Of a stretch of DNA of 64,000 bases, positions 47,836 through 62,260 are shown piece by piece. The translations under genes and the position numbers were made by a program. Within the stretch, counting starts at the first letter, position 1; every line of letters starts with the position of its first letter. The DNA lies in the NCBI RefSeq assembly GCF_009914755.1, contig NC_060935.1; one strand, given 5' to 3'. The DNA is from the human T2T-CHM13v2.0 reference genome, Homo sapiens. The notes beneath the pieces were generated by a model, which saw nothing but the letters and a program-made list of their open reading frames with translations, did not search any database and was not told where the DNA came from.

Positions 47836-48284
47836 TTCCTTTAAAAACCAGACATTTCCCATTGGAAAAAAAAAGTCCTAAAGATTTAGCTAATAATTTT
47901 ATAAGAGGACTAGGAGAAAGCCAAGGAGGAGAAGGATAAGGAGTTCACAAAGGAAAAGGATTTTCCAAGGTGTACATGGCGAGTTCGCATCAAAGTCAGA
48001 ACCAGCGCCCTCCGTCCTTGCTCTCAGCCCAGTGCCAGGCTTCCTTGTTAGGAGTATTCTTCTCATGAAATTCTACTGATTTCTTACATTGTAGCCCAGA
48101 TATGATTTGCTGAGGGATATCTGAGAGAAAGCCTATGTGTCCTTTCCATAAAGCGTACCTTGACTGCTTTTTTCAAATCTCTCTCTTGCTACTGATCTTT
48201 CTAACTTACCTTGATATTGGGAAGTGTGGTCTTTGGAGCCATGAATGGAGAATTAGGGAATTAGGGAAACATGAGAGGTGGTGG

Positions 48285-48420
48285 AATTAATTCATTGTAT
48301 CTTGATTATGGTGGCGACTATGCAGGAATATGTGATTGTCAAAATTCATTGACTTGTTCACCTAATGTGTGTTCATCTTAATGCTTGTAAATTATACCTT
48401 AACAACGTTAACTAAAGAAG
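48285..48420 (+). mobile_element. L1ME-like 3' end
   Basis: GTATCTTGATTATGGTGG..TTGTCAAAATTCATTGA..TGTAAATTATACCTTAA. Confidence 0.65.
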
Positions 48421-48554
48421 TAATTAAACTCCCACATTGGACAAGGAGGGATCTAGAGCACTGAATCTGCACAGATTCTCTGAGCTCAGTCTAGGAAGAG
48501 AAGTGGGGCTGAACTATACAGAAGATGTTGAAATTAGAAACGTACTTTCCAGGA

Positions 48555-48800
48555 ATAAATTAAAAATTGAGTTTTTGTCCACCTACAATAATCAGGCACT
48601 GTGCCAGGTCCTAGGACTGTAAAGAAAACTATCTCTGATATAAGCTTATAATCTAACAGAGAAGACAAAAAGTAGAAAGCTTAAATTCAGTGAGTAAGTG
48701 CTATGATAGAGGCAGGAGTGGGTTGCAAAGGAGAAGCATCAAATACAGATGAATGGCACAAAAGGCTTTCTGTAGGACATTCATATAGAGCCTGAGAAAT
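48555..48800 (-). mobile_element. L2 fragment
   Basis: CACCTACAATAATCAGGCACTGTGCCAGG..AGCTTATAATCTA..TAAGTGCTATGATAGAGG. Confidence 0.6.
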
Positions 48801-48827
48801 CAGGAGAACTCCTCCAGGATCACTAGC

Positions 48828-49183
48828 TGTATTAGTTCATTCTCATGCTGCTAATAAAGACAAACCCAAGACTGGGTAACTTATAAAGGAAAGAGGTTTA
48901 GTTGACTCACAGTTCAGCAGGGCTGGGGAGGCCTCAGGCAGCTTACAATCATGGAGGAAGGGGAAGCAAACGCGTCCTCCTTCACATGAAGGCAGGAAAG
49001 AGAAGTGCCAAGCAAAAGGGGGGAAAAGTCCCTTATAAAACCATCAGATCTCATGAGAACAGCATGAAGGTAACCACCTCCATGATTAAATTACCTCCCA
49101 CCAGGTCCCTCCCACTACACCTGGAGATTATAGGAACTACAATTCAAGATAGATTTGGGTGGGGACACAGTCAAACCATATCA
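48828..49183 (-). mobile_element. THE1 (THE1C-like) MaLR solo LTR
   Basis: TGTATTAGTTCATTCTCATGCTGCTAATAAAGAC...GGGGACACAGTCAAACCATATCA; 5-bp TSD CTAGC at 48823-48827 and 49184-49188. Confidence 0.95.
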
Positions 49184-49197
49184 CTAGCCAAAGCAGC

Positions 49198-49200
<3 letters not shown>

Positions 49201-49252
<52 letters not shown>
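49201..49252. repeat. (TG)26 microsatellite
   Basis: Perfect run read directly. Confidence 0.97.
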
Positions 49253-49255
<3 letters not shown>

Positions 49256-49639
49256 TCAGTATCTTGAACTAGACCACTGCTCTTGAAGATCTCTTGACCA
49301 TGTAGAAGCCAGGATAACACATTTAGCTGGAAGCTAATTGTGAAGCTGGGAAATTATGCATGTATAGTGATGTTGGGCACAAACTCATGTTATGTTCAGG
49401 TAACAAGCAGAGCATTTTGGGTTCCTTTCTTTAGGAGTTGTCTAATTTTACTTCATTTGTTATTTCTGATTATATTGGTTACCAGCCAAAAAATTGTCTT
49501 TCTTGGCCAGAGATTCAATGCCTTATTCTAAATGTAAGGAAAATCCTTCCTTTTGTTGAAACTTCAGAAACTTTCTAATTACCTGCCTTTATTCAATACC
49601 TCAAAATCAATTGTATGCCTGTCATAATGTTTGCATCCT

Positions 49640-50670
49640 AACACTCTCTTCTCCTCATTCCACACTTTGTCTCTAAGAGATCCCCCTTTCTCCCATAGTT
49701 TTAGCTACCTATAAGTTCACAACTGTTCATTCTATATCTCTCGCCAAGACCTGTCTTCTTAGCTCCACTTGACCCAGTTGCTTACTGGGTTGTTATGATC
49801 TTCTAGCTTCATGATGACCTACTTGTTTATTGGGTTACAATAATGGCAAAGACTTACACTGTGCTTACTGTGTGCCAGGCACATATTAATCCATTTAATC
49901 CTTACAGCAACCCTTTCAGGAAGGTGCTAGTATTGTATAGCATCCTGTTGGATGCCTTCCAGGCACCTCATCCTCAGTGTGTGCAGAACTGATGTAACCC
50001 TTATTCCCCTGAAACCTGCAACTCAACCTTCTGTACTTCACATTTTATTGACACCATCTTTTAACCAGGTGCTCAAACATGAAACCTAGAAATTGTCCTT
50101 GATCTTTTCCATACGCAACCAATAATTTACCACCAAAAGTTTTCCCTTCAACTTTTCTTAGGAGAAGTAGCATCATGTAGTGGCTGCAGGTTTTGTCTCT
50201 GGAGTCAGACAGCTTAGATGTGAATCCTGGTTCTGCCATTTAATAGCTGTGAGTCCTTACAGAAGTTTCTTAAAGTTTCTGAACCCTAGTTTTCTTGTGA
50301 TAATTAAACAAGTTAAAGCATGTAATATGTTTAGGACAGTGCTCGGGAAAAAGTAATAAAATATTTCTTTGTCTTTCTCAGTTTCCAGTTGGTGGACAGT
50401 ATAATATACTAAAAGAACAAAAAGCAACAAGGGTTTTGCTAAAGAACAAAACAATTGGTGACATACAGACCTGGGATTATGTCAACTTTTTACCACCACC
50501 TATATGCATGACTTGGGCAAGTTGGTGAATCCACTGAGCCTGGTTTCTTTATCTATAAAATAAAGATAATGCCACCTACCCACAGGGCCATTGCCAGGAA
50601 TAAATGAGAAACTGTATGTAAATCGCCTAGAACCATGCCTGGCCTATGAGGACAGTATATGTTATTCCTT
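49640..50670. mobile_element. Cluster of L2 and MIR fragments
   Basis: L2-like 49640-49790 and 49990-50160. MIR (-) 49840-49945 (CTTACTGTGTGCCAGGCAC). MIR (+) 50165-50365 (TCTGGAGTCAGACAG) and 50440-50665 (GACTTGGGCAAGTT..TATCTATAAAAT). Confidence 0.65.
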
Positions 50671-51124
50671 TTCTCCTCCAATCACTGCTCTTGAATTCCC
50701 TCATCTACTACTAAGAAGGAAATAATTGGCTGCCCTAGAAGCAACTGGGCATGGTAGATGGGCAAAAAGAAGGGAGCCACTCAATGCATTTGTCAGTTTT
50801 GCCAGGAGCTACAGGATCCAGAGGCACGGGCAAGGATTCTGCCTCTGCCATCCCTAGCTCTCTAGCTTTATAAATCATGGCTTATGTGTTTATTCTTCAC
50901 CAATGTCCAATACTCATATTTCTGGAAAAGTATATTCCTCAACCTTACCATCCTCATTACAGCAAGTAGTGGGCTCCTTAATGCTGAGGGCCTTGTTATT
51001 TCTTCATTTAATGGTGTGTCCATGGGGTCCTAGGGCATGAGGGCCTAGACAAATGCAAGGCTGTCTCTACTCCATCAGATGGAAGGCCAGGAAAGCCAAG
51101 GGAGGGGTGGAAATAGGGGTGGAG

Positions 51125-51298
51125 GGGTAGATGTGTCATGGTTGGACCCCAGTGCAAAATGAAAATGTACCACCCTGGTTTTAAAAGTATCAAGTATTTC
51201 ATGATGGCAATAGCAGAGCATTAAACCAAACATGGGCCCTTCTGAGCTTGAGGCCCTATGCAACTGTGTGTGTCACACAACCATGGCTCCTGTCCTTG
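51125..51298 (-). mobile_element. MER45A-like hAT relic
   Basis: CCCAGTGCAAAATGAAAATG..GCAGAGCATTAAACCAA..GGGCCCTTCTGAGC. Confidence 0.75.
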
Positions 51299-51639
51299 GT
51301 GGGAAAGACGTGGCTCCCTTTCCCACAGTTTCCTGCTGCCTTCTCTCAGATGCTCACAAATAGCCCAAACCGCCCTCAGACATGGCTTTGTCTTCTTTCC
51401 TCTCTACTCAACTTGGACATTGGGAGACTACCTTACAAAGCAGAGTTCCTGACCCACATCTTCCATCTCACTTTCACCAGGGATCGGCCCACACTTGGAA
51501 CTCCTGATCTATCAGGGTCTGCTTTTCCAATGAGCTTTACTCCTTCTCTCTAAAAAGAAAAAAAAGTACGGTAGTGATGAAGTGCCGATTCTTAAAAGTC
51601 AACATATAGTGAGTGCTAGTTTAATTCCACATAAACTGC

Positions 51640-51820
51640 TTTTAGCATAAATTCCTATTTCATCTTTAAAATGATCTCATCATCACAACAGTAGCTACTG
51701 TAATAACTCCATCTTACAGATAACATACAGATTTGGAGAGACCCAGCATCTTGTCCAAGGTCACACAACGAGCAGGTGGTGGTATTGGGTTTAGAACTCA
51801 CTCTCCACTCTGGACTCCTG
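51640..51820 (-). mobile_element. MIR fragment
   Basis: CCATCTTACAGAT..CTTGTCCAAGGTCACACA..GGGTTTAGAACTC. Confidence 0.7.
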
Positions 51821-52401
51821 AGTGAGGGAAGAGTGCCCAGAGCATGGAGAGGTGCATCATGGGATGAAACAGAGAGCAGCAGCACCAGACAAACAGGAAG
51901 AAATGAACCATCTCTCTAATAGGAAGATTAAATACTATTGAGATACCATGCTTTCCCAAGTGACTATTGTTTTAAGGCAATTTTAAACAAAATAGTGATA
52001 ATTTTGTTTGGTTTTGTTGGAATGGCTTTCTGAGAGAATAATGTTGATTTTTAGCTACAGGCAAGAAAACTGTAAAATTGAAAAATAATACAGGATAGGA
52101 CGAATAGCCCCGACTATTTTGAAACATTTCACAAAGCTGCAATAATATAAACGGTGAGTTTTAGGCATAAGAGTTGATAGACTGATGTGTATAACAGAAT
52201 AGATTGCCCTGAAACACTCTTATACAATATAGGATTTTTTTGTATGAATATGACAATCTGAGAAATCAGTTAGGGGAGAAGAGGATAGTCATAATTGTTG
52301 TAGCAATCACTGATTAACTATTAGTGAAAAATCTACATAGATCCCAACTCTTGGATTATAGAGAAGAAAGTAAAAAAGCAAAGCCATTAACATTAGAAGT
52401 A

Positions 52402-52666
52402 TTGAGTTAGATAGGAGGAATAAGTTCTGGTGTTCCATTTCACAACACAGCTGAGTATACTTCATAATTATGTGTTGTATATTTCAAAATAGCCAAAAGA
52501 CAGTATGTAAAATACTCTCTTCACAAAGAGATGATAAACATTTTAGGCGATTGATATGTTAATTACTTTGATTTGATCACTCCAGAATATATACATGTGT
52601 CATAATACCACCACTTTGTATCCCATAAATATATACAGTGATTGTTTTTCAATTAAATGTTTTTAA
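52402..52666 (+). mobile_element. L1MA-type 3' end fragment
   Basis: TTAGATAGGAGGAATAAGTTCTGGTG..TTGTATATTTCAAAATAGC..CCCATAAATATATAC; flanked by TAGAAGTA on both sides (TSD core). Confidence 0.8.
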
Positions 52667-52828
52667 AAATGTAGAAGTAAATACAAATAAATATACATCA
52701 GGATTTTGGAAGGAGAAAGTCTGTGTACGCCCAAAGCAATGACATAAATAATGGATGAAAGACTGATGAATTTGGCTGCATTAAGATCAAATCTCTCTGA
52801 ATGTCAAACATCATAAAATTTAAAAACA

Positions 52829-55800
52829 GTTATGTCAACCAGATGGCAGAACAGGAAATCCCAGCTCTTGTCTCCTCACAGAAACACTGCTTGGAACAAT
52901 GCACACACAAAAACACTTTCACAGGAGCCAAAGAATCCAGATGAGAGGCCACAGCACCTTGGTGGAGCACAGAAATAAGAAAAGCTGCATTGAAGAGAGT
53001 AAGAAGGAGTTTCACATTACTGATGTCACCACCACCCAAACGTCACTCAGCCTAGTGTGAAGAAAGATAGCCTTGCATGAGGGGAAGAGAGCGAAGTGAG
53101 TAGCATACGTTGCTGCAGACCCAACACCAGGACAGCTCCAGTGGACCCCAATTCCAGGCCTATAGCCCCAGTTTCCAGGCCTGCCTCGATGGCCCCGGGC
53201 CCCAGACCCACTTCCATACCAAGCCAGCCCCCACAGCTCCAGCCTCTAGGGTTGCATCCACAGAACCAGGCTTTAGACCCACTTCAGCACCCGATCAGCA
53301 CTAGTGACTCCAGACTCCAGGTTGGCTCATGTGGTTCCAGGCTCTAGGCCAGCCCTTACAACCCCCCTGGTTCCAAGCTGGTCTATATTGACTTAGGATC
53401 CCTGAGGACTCAAAGCCTAGGATAACTCAATCACCAGGCTGGTTCCCACAGAACCTGGCTCTAGGTTCATCTCCATAGACCCAGTCTCCAGGCCCATACC
53501 AGGGGACCCCAGTGCCAGGCCAGCTCCTGTGGATTCAGAATGGAGTCCCACACCTGTGGATGCAAGCCCGAGGCTCATCCATGGGGACCAAGGCTCTAGT
53601 CTTGCCCTCACAGATCCAGGCACTGGGCTGGCTCCTGTAGACCCAAGTTCCAGGCTCATTCATCCACTGACCCAGACACAGCCCCCTCCAGCATGAGGAC
53701 TTCAATAGCAAGCCTCACTATGGACCTCATTAGATGGCCCCACCCAAAATCTCTGTAGAAGCTGACTGGTGAAGGACTTTACATAACAAGGCAATAAGTA
53801 AAAACTGGAAAAGATGCCTAATTTTTAAAATGCAGACACCAGTGCAAAGCCACAAGGATCACAAATAATCAGGAGAATATGACATGACCAAAGGAACAAA
53901 ATGAAACACTAGTAACTGACCCCATAGAAATGGAGATCTACAAACTTCCTGACAAAGCATTTAAAATAATAATCTTAAAGAAGTGCAGTGAGCTACAAAG
54001 AGCATAAAAAGATAACTAAAAATCAGGAAAATAACGCATGAACAAAATAATAAGTTCAACAAAAAGAAACCATTTTAAAAAACAGAAATCCGGAGATGAA
54101 GAACATACTGACTGAACTGAAAAGTTCCATAGAGAACTTCAACAACAGATTTGATAAAGCAGAAAGGAGAATCAGTGAGCTCAAAGACAGGTCATTTGAA
54201 ATTACCCAGGCAGAAGAATAAAGAGAAAAAAAGATTGAGAAACAGTGACAAAACCCTCTAGGACTTACAGGACACAATCAAGGAACCAATATACACATTA
54301 TAGGAGTTTAAGAAGGATCAGACAAAGAGAATGGGGCAGCAAGGTCATTTAAAGACATAATGACAAAAAACTTCCAACATCTGGAGAGGGAAATGAACAT
54401 CCAAATCCATGATTCCAAAACAACCCCAAATAGGTTAAACAGAAAGAGATTGTCATGAGGCACATTATAGTTAAATTTGAAAAAATCAAAAACCTAGAAA
54501 ATTTCAGAAGCAGTAAGAGAAAAGTGACTTGTATTCAAGGGAAACTTCCCTGTAGGACTATCAGCAGATTTCTCAGCAGAAATCTTGCAGGTAAGGAGAG
54601 AGGGGATGATATATTCAAAGTGCTAAAAGGAAAAACACTGTCAAGCAAGAATACTTCACTCGGCAAAGCTATCCTATACAAATGTAAAAGACTAAAGACT
54701 TACCCAGACAAATGAAAGCTGAGGGCACTCAACACCACTAGATTTGCCTTTCAAGAAATGCTCAAATAAGTTCTTCAAGTTGAAATGAAAGGAGACTAAC
54801 AATATAAATGAATAAAACTCATTATAAAGGTAAGATTCAGAATACTACAATGCTGTAATGATGGTGTATAAATTACCTCTAATTCTGCTATAGAAGTTAA
54901 AAGATAAAATCATTAAAAATAACCATAGCTACAATAATTTGTTAATAAATACACAATATAAAAAAGACATAAATTGTCACATCAATAACATATAATGTGG
55001 GAAGAAGAGAAGTTAAAGTGTAGAATTTATGTATGCAGTTTAAGTTAGGTTGTTTTCAGATTAAAATAGGTTTATAACTATAAGATATTTTATAGAAGCC
55101 TCATGATAACCACAAAGAAAAAACCTGTGTGAGATACACGAAAGAGAAAGTAATTAAAGCATACTATTACTACAAAAAAATCAAATCACAGAGGAAGACA
55201 GAAAGAGAGGAAGAAAGGAGAACAATGCAGTCAGAAAACAATTAACAAAATAGCCAGAACAAGTCCTTATCTATCAATAATTACTTTAAATGTAAATGGA
55301 TTAAAATCTCGAATCAAAAGCCATATAATGACTGAACAAATTATAAAAGAAGATCCAACTGCATGCTACCTTTAAGAGACTCATATTAGCTTTAAGGACA
55401 GATGTAGGCAGAGAGTGAAGGAATAGAAGAAGATAATACATGCAGATGGTAGCCAAACAAGAATAGGAGTGGCTATACTTATACTGGAAAAAATAGACTT
55501 TAAGTCAAAAATTGTCAGAAGAGACCAAAAAAGGCCATTATAAAATGAAAAAGGGATCAATTCATGAAGAGGATATAACAATTTTAAATATGGATGTACC
55601 CAGTATTGGAGCACCTAGATACATAAACATTAACAAAACAAAAAGGAGAAATAGACAGCAATGCCGTAATAGTAAGGGACTCAAATACCTCATTTACAAT
55701 AATGTATAGCTTACTCAGACAGAAAAATCAATAAGGAAACAATGGATTTGAGCAGCATAATAGATTAAAGGGATCCTAACCTAAAAAACATAAAGAACAT

Positions 55801-56127
55801 TCCATCCAACAGCAGCAAAATACATACTATTTTCAAGTGCACATATAACATTCTCCAGGATTGATCATATACTAGGCCTTCAATCAAGTCTTAAACAACT
55901 TAAGATTTAAATTTTATCAAGTTCTTTTATAACCATAATGGTATGAAACTAGCAATCAATAACAGGAGGAAAATGGGAAAATTTACAAATATGTAGAAAT
56001 TAAACAACCCATTTCTGAACAATTAATGTGTCAAGGAAGAAATAAAAGGGAAAATTTTTTAAAATCTTAAAACAAACAAACATGAAAACATAACATACCA
56101 AAACACATAGCATGCAGCAAGAGTAAT
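52829..56127 (+). mobile_element. L1M (L1MA/L1MB-age) 5' half: 5'UTR with degenerate ~30-bp tandem array (~53120-53700), decayed ORF1 (~53830-54790), ORF2 endonuclease region (~55250-56127)
   Basis: AGATGGCAGAACAGGAA 5' end; repeated GGACCC..CCAGGC units; ORF1-like RHIIVKF; endonuclease start encoding SIITLNVNGL; many stops and frameshifts. Confidence 0.88.
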
Positions 56128-56983
56128 CTTTTTTATATTACTTTATTTTTAACTGACATAATAATTATATACATTTATGAGGTACAATGTGATGTTGTGA
56201 TATATGTACACATTGTGAGATGATTGAATCAAGCTAATTAACATATTTTAACCTCACTACTTATCATTTCTTTGTGATGATAACTTTTAAATTTTACTTT
56301 TTAATAACTTCGAAATATACATTATTATTAACTATAGTCACCATGCTATGTAATAGATCACTAAAACATAATTCTTCTGTGTAAATGAAATATTCTTCCT
56401 GTTGAACTAAAACTTTGAATACTTTGGCCAGCATCTCCCCTTACCCCATCACCCCACCCCTGAGTCCCTCAAAACTACTATTCTACTCTTTACAAGTTCA
56501 ACTTTTTAAGATTCCACATGCAGTAAGATCATGCAGTATTTGTCTTTCTTTGCCTGGCTTATTTAACTTAGCATAATGTCCTTCAGGTTCATTCATATTG
56601 TTACGAATGAAGAATTTCCCCTTTTTAAAGGCTGAATAGTATTTCATTGTGTGCATATGTCACATTTTCTTTATTCATTCATCCATTGATGGACACTTAG
56701 TTGCTTCTGTATCTTGATTACTATGAATAATTCTGCAAAGAACATGAGATTGCAGGTATCTCTTCAATATACCAATGTCAATTCCTGTGGATATATTCCC
56801 AGAAGTGGAATTGGTGGATCATATTGTAATTTTATTTTTAGTTTTGAAAGGGACCTCAATATTGTTTTTTATAATGGTTATACTAATTAACATTCCCACT
56901 GACAGTGTTCAAGTGTTCTCTTTTCTACACATTCTTTCCAGCACTGTTTATCTTTTATTTTTTAATAAGTCATTCTAACAGGT
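56128..56983 (-). mobile_element. L1MA-type 3' end (~860 bp), antisense
   Basis: T-rich tail, then ATACATTTATGAGGTACAATGTGATG..AGATTCCACATG..GCCTGGCTTATTT..CATTCTAACAGG. Confidence 0.88.
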
Positions 56984-57440
56984 CTGAGCATTTGCTTTTG
57001 ACAAAATTCAATATCTCTTCATTAGAAAAACCTCTCAATAAATTAGGTACAGAAAGAATGTACTTCAACATAATAAAGGTGACAAGTCCATAGCTAACAT
57101 CATACTCAATGGTGAAAAGCTGAAAACTTTTCCTCTAAGGTCGTGAATAAGACAGGATGCCCACTGCCACCACTTCTACTCAATGTAGGACTGAAAGTTT
57201 TAGACAGAGCAATTAGGCAAGAAAAATAAATAAAAAGCATCCAAATTGAAAAAGAAGTAAAATTGCCTCTCTTTGTATTGAAGGGATCTTACACAGAGGA
57301 AACTCTAAAGACTGACTCTACCAAAAAAGCTGGTAAGACTAATATTTGAATTCACTGAAGTTACAGGCCACAAAATCAACATACAAAAATTAGTGAGAAC
57401 TAACAGTAAGCTATCTGAAAAATAAATGAATTAAGAAAAC
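56984..57440 (+). mobile_element. L1 ORF2 reverse-transcriptase fragment (decayed)
   Basis: Encodes AFDKIQ, ANIILNGEKLKTFPL and RQ/GCPLPPLLLN (frameshifted), plus CAAAATCAACATACAAAAAT. Confidence 0.88.
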
Positions 57441-57977
57441 AATCAATGTGGGTAAATATTTTAAGCAATATAACAAACCGTTAATACCCTTATATATAAA
57501 GAACTTCCTAATAAGAAAAAACATGAATTCTTCAATAGTAAAATAAACTGAAAATATGAAGAGCTAGTTAAAATACATGAATGTTCAAGAAACATAACAA
57601 ACTTCTAATCACTTTTTATCAAATAATTTAAATTAATATAAAATTTAGATGGGCCTCTGTTTGTCTCATGAATTGGTCAAGGTTAGAAAAATATTGACTT
57701 CATTTTGGCAGTAAGTATTCCTAAACATTAACATTAGAGATGTAAGACAAAAAGCAATTTGGCTGCATGAAACAAATATATGAAAATACACCTGTGTTCC
57801 CATTAATAGGATTATTTCCTAGGGTGATTAAAAAATAACTGAGAAAAATATTTTTGTAAAAGACTTTATTGTAGTGTTTTAGGAAATAGAAAAATAGTGG
57901 AAGCAACCTAAATACCCAAGGGAATGATTACACACAGTCAATATAATACAAATCATGAAATAACAGAAATTTATACA

Positions 57978-59430
57978 TTTCATTTATTCATGAAAAATAT
58001 ATTGAGGGCCTTCTATATGTTTTTATGGGCATAAATCCTGAAATACCAATGAACCAAACAACAAAAGCCTTTGCTCTTCAGAAACTTACATTTTTGCTGG
58101 GAGAAAATGGGTAAGAAGCATAACGTAAACCCCCAATTTTAGCAAATGTTGAAAGATGATAAATGCTAAGAAGAAAACTATGTCTGGGTAGGTGATGGGG
58201 CAGATCAGGGAATGAGGAGGTGGGGTTGCAATTTTAAAGTGAATTGTAACGGTCCTCACTTGGAAGGTGTCCTTTGAACAAATGCGTGAAAGCCACAATG
58301 GAGCAAGTTCTGTGGGGAGAGAAGAAAACATTCTATACAGGGAAAAAAAGGTGCAAAGTTCTCTTTGCAGATATGAGCATTGCTGGTGTGTTCAAGAACA
58401 GGAAGGAGGTCAATGTGGCTGGTACAGAGTGAGCGGCAGGGAAGGACAGGATAATAAGAGTAAGGTGGGGAGGAGGGGAAGAGAGGTAACTACCTAAGTG
58501 TGGGGTTGTGGGGGCCATTCTAGAAACTTCTGCTTTTACTCTAGGTAAAAGGAAATCTATTGGCAGCTTCTGAGCAGAAGAATGACACGAAATAACTCAT
58601 GTTTTAAACAGATCCCTGTGGTTGCACTGGTGTTTTTAGGCTCCAGGGGGCAAGAGTGGAAGCAGGCAGACTTGTTGGGAGGCTATTTTGCAATAATGCA
58701 AGAAATAAATGACAGTGGAAGCAGTAGAGGTGACAAGACAGGATTAGTTTGAATGCAAAGGCAACAAGATTTCCTGATGGATTGGTTGTCAGATGTAAAA
58801 ATAAGGTAGGAGTCAAGATTAACCTAAAAGTTTTTGGCCTTGGCACTTGAAAGGATGGAGTTGGATAACAGAGATGAGGATAACCTTGGTTAGGGAAGAC
58901 CAGCAGTCATTTCTGGACATGTTAACTTCAAGATGTCTGCTAGCCTTGTTGACTAGACAGTTGCAGCTTAGGGCAGGTGTCTTGCACAGGATTGACCCAC
59001 TTGAGAGTTATCAGTATATAAACAGTGTTTAAAGCCATAAACCTTGAATAAGATCCTAAAATGGAGCGAATATAGATACAAAAGAGAGTTCGCCCAAGGT
59101 GTGAGCCTTAGGCACTCCAGCACTGACAGGAAGGAGGGAAGAAGAGGAATCTGCAAAGAGGTCAAGAGGAAAGAGTCCTCGTGATGGAAGGAAAAAATAA
59201 GACAAAACAGGAGAGTGTGCTATCCTGGAAGCTGAAGGAAGAGAGTGTACTGTAAAGAGGAAATGCTTAGCAGTGCAGAATGCTGCTACTAAGTCCGTGT
59301 GTTGACTGAGAACACACACTGGATTAGCAATGCAGAGGTCATTTTGACCTTGACAAGAACAATGTGAGTGCACTGGTGGGGTCAAAGAGGGGGTGGAGCA
59401 GAAAGCCATGAGAGACAGAAAGGCTGAACA
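57978..59430 (-). mobile_element. Long L2 (L2a-like) fragment
   Basis: TTCATTTATTCA tail; AAGGTGTCCTTTGAACA; GTAGGAGTCAAGATTAACCTAAAAGTTTTTGGC; ACTGGATTAGCAATGCAGAGGTCATTTTGACCTTGACAAGA. Confidence 0.85.
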
Positions 59431-59884
59431 AACCCATTCACTGGTGCCAGATACCAGATTCTTTCACCAACTCAGGACAACTCTCAACTCTTTCTATGGC
59501 CTCTATCTTCTGCTTTCCCTAGATCACTCTTGTCAGCGTACAAATATTCTACAATTTCTCTTATCTATTTTTCAAAACTACTTAATGACATGGAAAAATA
59601 CCCATGATATCTTGTTGTATGCAGTGCATAACACCAAGAATATTTAAGGTGATGCCTCCGTCCCCACCAACAAAAGCCTCACCAAGCGGGTCCATGTTCC
59701 CCATGGCTGAAGAGAGTAGGGGCAGGGAGGAAAGAGTTGCTCTCCCAGAGTCTTCTCTGGCTCTAGTGTTTCTCCAGCTCTGTACTGAAATCTTATTATT
59801 GGTTTCGATTCAGGTAGTTATTTTATTTCTGTCATGATATCTACTCAAACATGAGAGTCAGTCCCTTGCCTTTAATTCACTAAT

Positions 59885-60055
59885 GGAGTGGTTTTCAAAG
59901 TGTAATACCCAAACCAGCACCATTAACAGCAACTGAGAAGTTGTAAAAAAAATGCAGACTCTCTGGTTCCACCCAAGACTCAGTGAATCAGAAACTCTTG
60001 GGTTGGGACACAGAGTCTGCGGTTTGCAAGCCTTTGGAGTCATTCTGATTCACTA
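59885..60055 (+). mobile_element. MER5A relic
   Basis: GAGTGGTTTTCAAAGTGT..CCAGCACC..CAGTGAATCAGAAACTCT..CATTCTGAT. Confidence 0.8.
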
Positions 60056-60172
60056 CTCCAAACCCTCCACAAATCCAAAGCTGTGCTAGGTAGGAAATGT
60101 TTTCATAGAGGCATTTGTGGGTTACCTAGAAGGATCACACCTCATGCCACCCTGCAAACAAATAAAACATAA

Positions 60173-61478
<1,306 letters not shown>

Positions 61479-61903
61479 AAAAAACCCCAAAACAAACAAA
61501 AAGAAGAAGGAATGTTTCCAATTGTCTTTGGAAGAGCAATTTAGTTGCACATAACCTTTGTTGTCTTTTCTCTTTACAATGCTTGTACCCTCAAGAACAG
61601 CCTCCAAATACGGAAAAACAGTTGTTAAGAGGAGGAGTGCTGCTGTTAGCTGTAAGAACTACCTTCTCGGAAACTTCTGTGTATATATTTATAGATCTAA
61701 ATATCTGTATGTGTATACATACACTAGAGATAAATAGTAATCATCATATGTATACACATATGTATTAATAAAATGAAATGTGAGCAGTTACCCATAACTA
61801 GTGGGATAATAGATGGCTTAGGTTTTCTTCCCCTTCTCTTCCTACTTCTTTGCATTTTCAAAATTTCCTGCAGTAGATACATTTTACTCATAGAGACAAG
61901 TGA

Positions 61904-62160
61904 TTTTTTTTTTTTTAAGACAGGATCTCACTCTGTCACTCAGGCTGGAGTGCCTTGGCACGATCTCAGCTCAAGTGATCCTCCCACCTCAGCCTCCCAA
62001 GTAGCTGGGACTACAGATGCATGCCACCACACCAGCCTAATTTTTGTATTTTTTGTAGAGACGGGGTTTTTCCATGTTGCCCAGTACGTCTCAAACTCCT
62101 GAGTTCAAACAATCCACCCACCTCAGGCTCCCAAATTCCTGGGAGCCATGGTGCCCGGCC
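61904..62160 (-). mobile_element. AluJ with two internal deletions
   Basis: T-tail, GCTCAAGTGATCCTCCCACCTCAGCC, ends GTGCCCGGCC; TSD AGACAAGTGA at 61894-61903 and 62162-62171. Confidence 0.93.
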
Positions 62161-62177
62161 AAGACAAGTGAAAACCA

Positions 62178-62260
62178 AGGAAGAAAGAAAGGAAGAAAGC
62201 AGGAAGGGAAGAAAAGAATGAAAAAGAAGGAAGGAAGAAGTAGAGAAAAGAAAAGAGCAG
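62178..62260. repeat. GA-rich low-complexity tract
   Basis: Nearly pure purine run. Confidence 0.8.

Larger units (their letters stand above)
51890..57960 (+). mobile_element. Very old L1 (L1ME/L1MC-like) ORF2 3' remnant hosting nested insertions; host pieces ~51890-52401, 52667-52828, 57441-57960
   Basis: AT-rich degenerate ORF2 motifs (ATAGGAAGATTAAATA, CAAAGCTGCAATAAT, TATATATAAAGAACT, GGAAGCAACCTAAATACCCA) stay colinear across the inserts. Confidence 0.6.

Noticed and set aside
52829-57440. Retrotransposition-competent L1
   Set aside because: ORF1 and ORF2 are full of stops and frameshifts, internally deleted and lack a 3' end.
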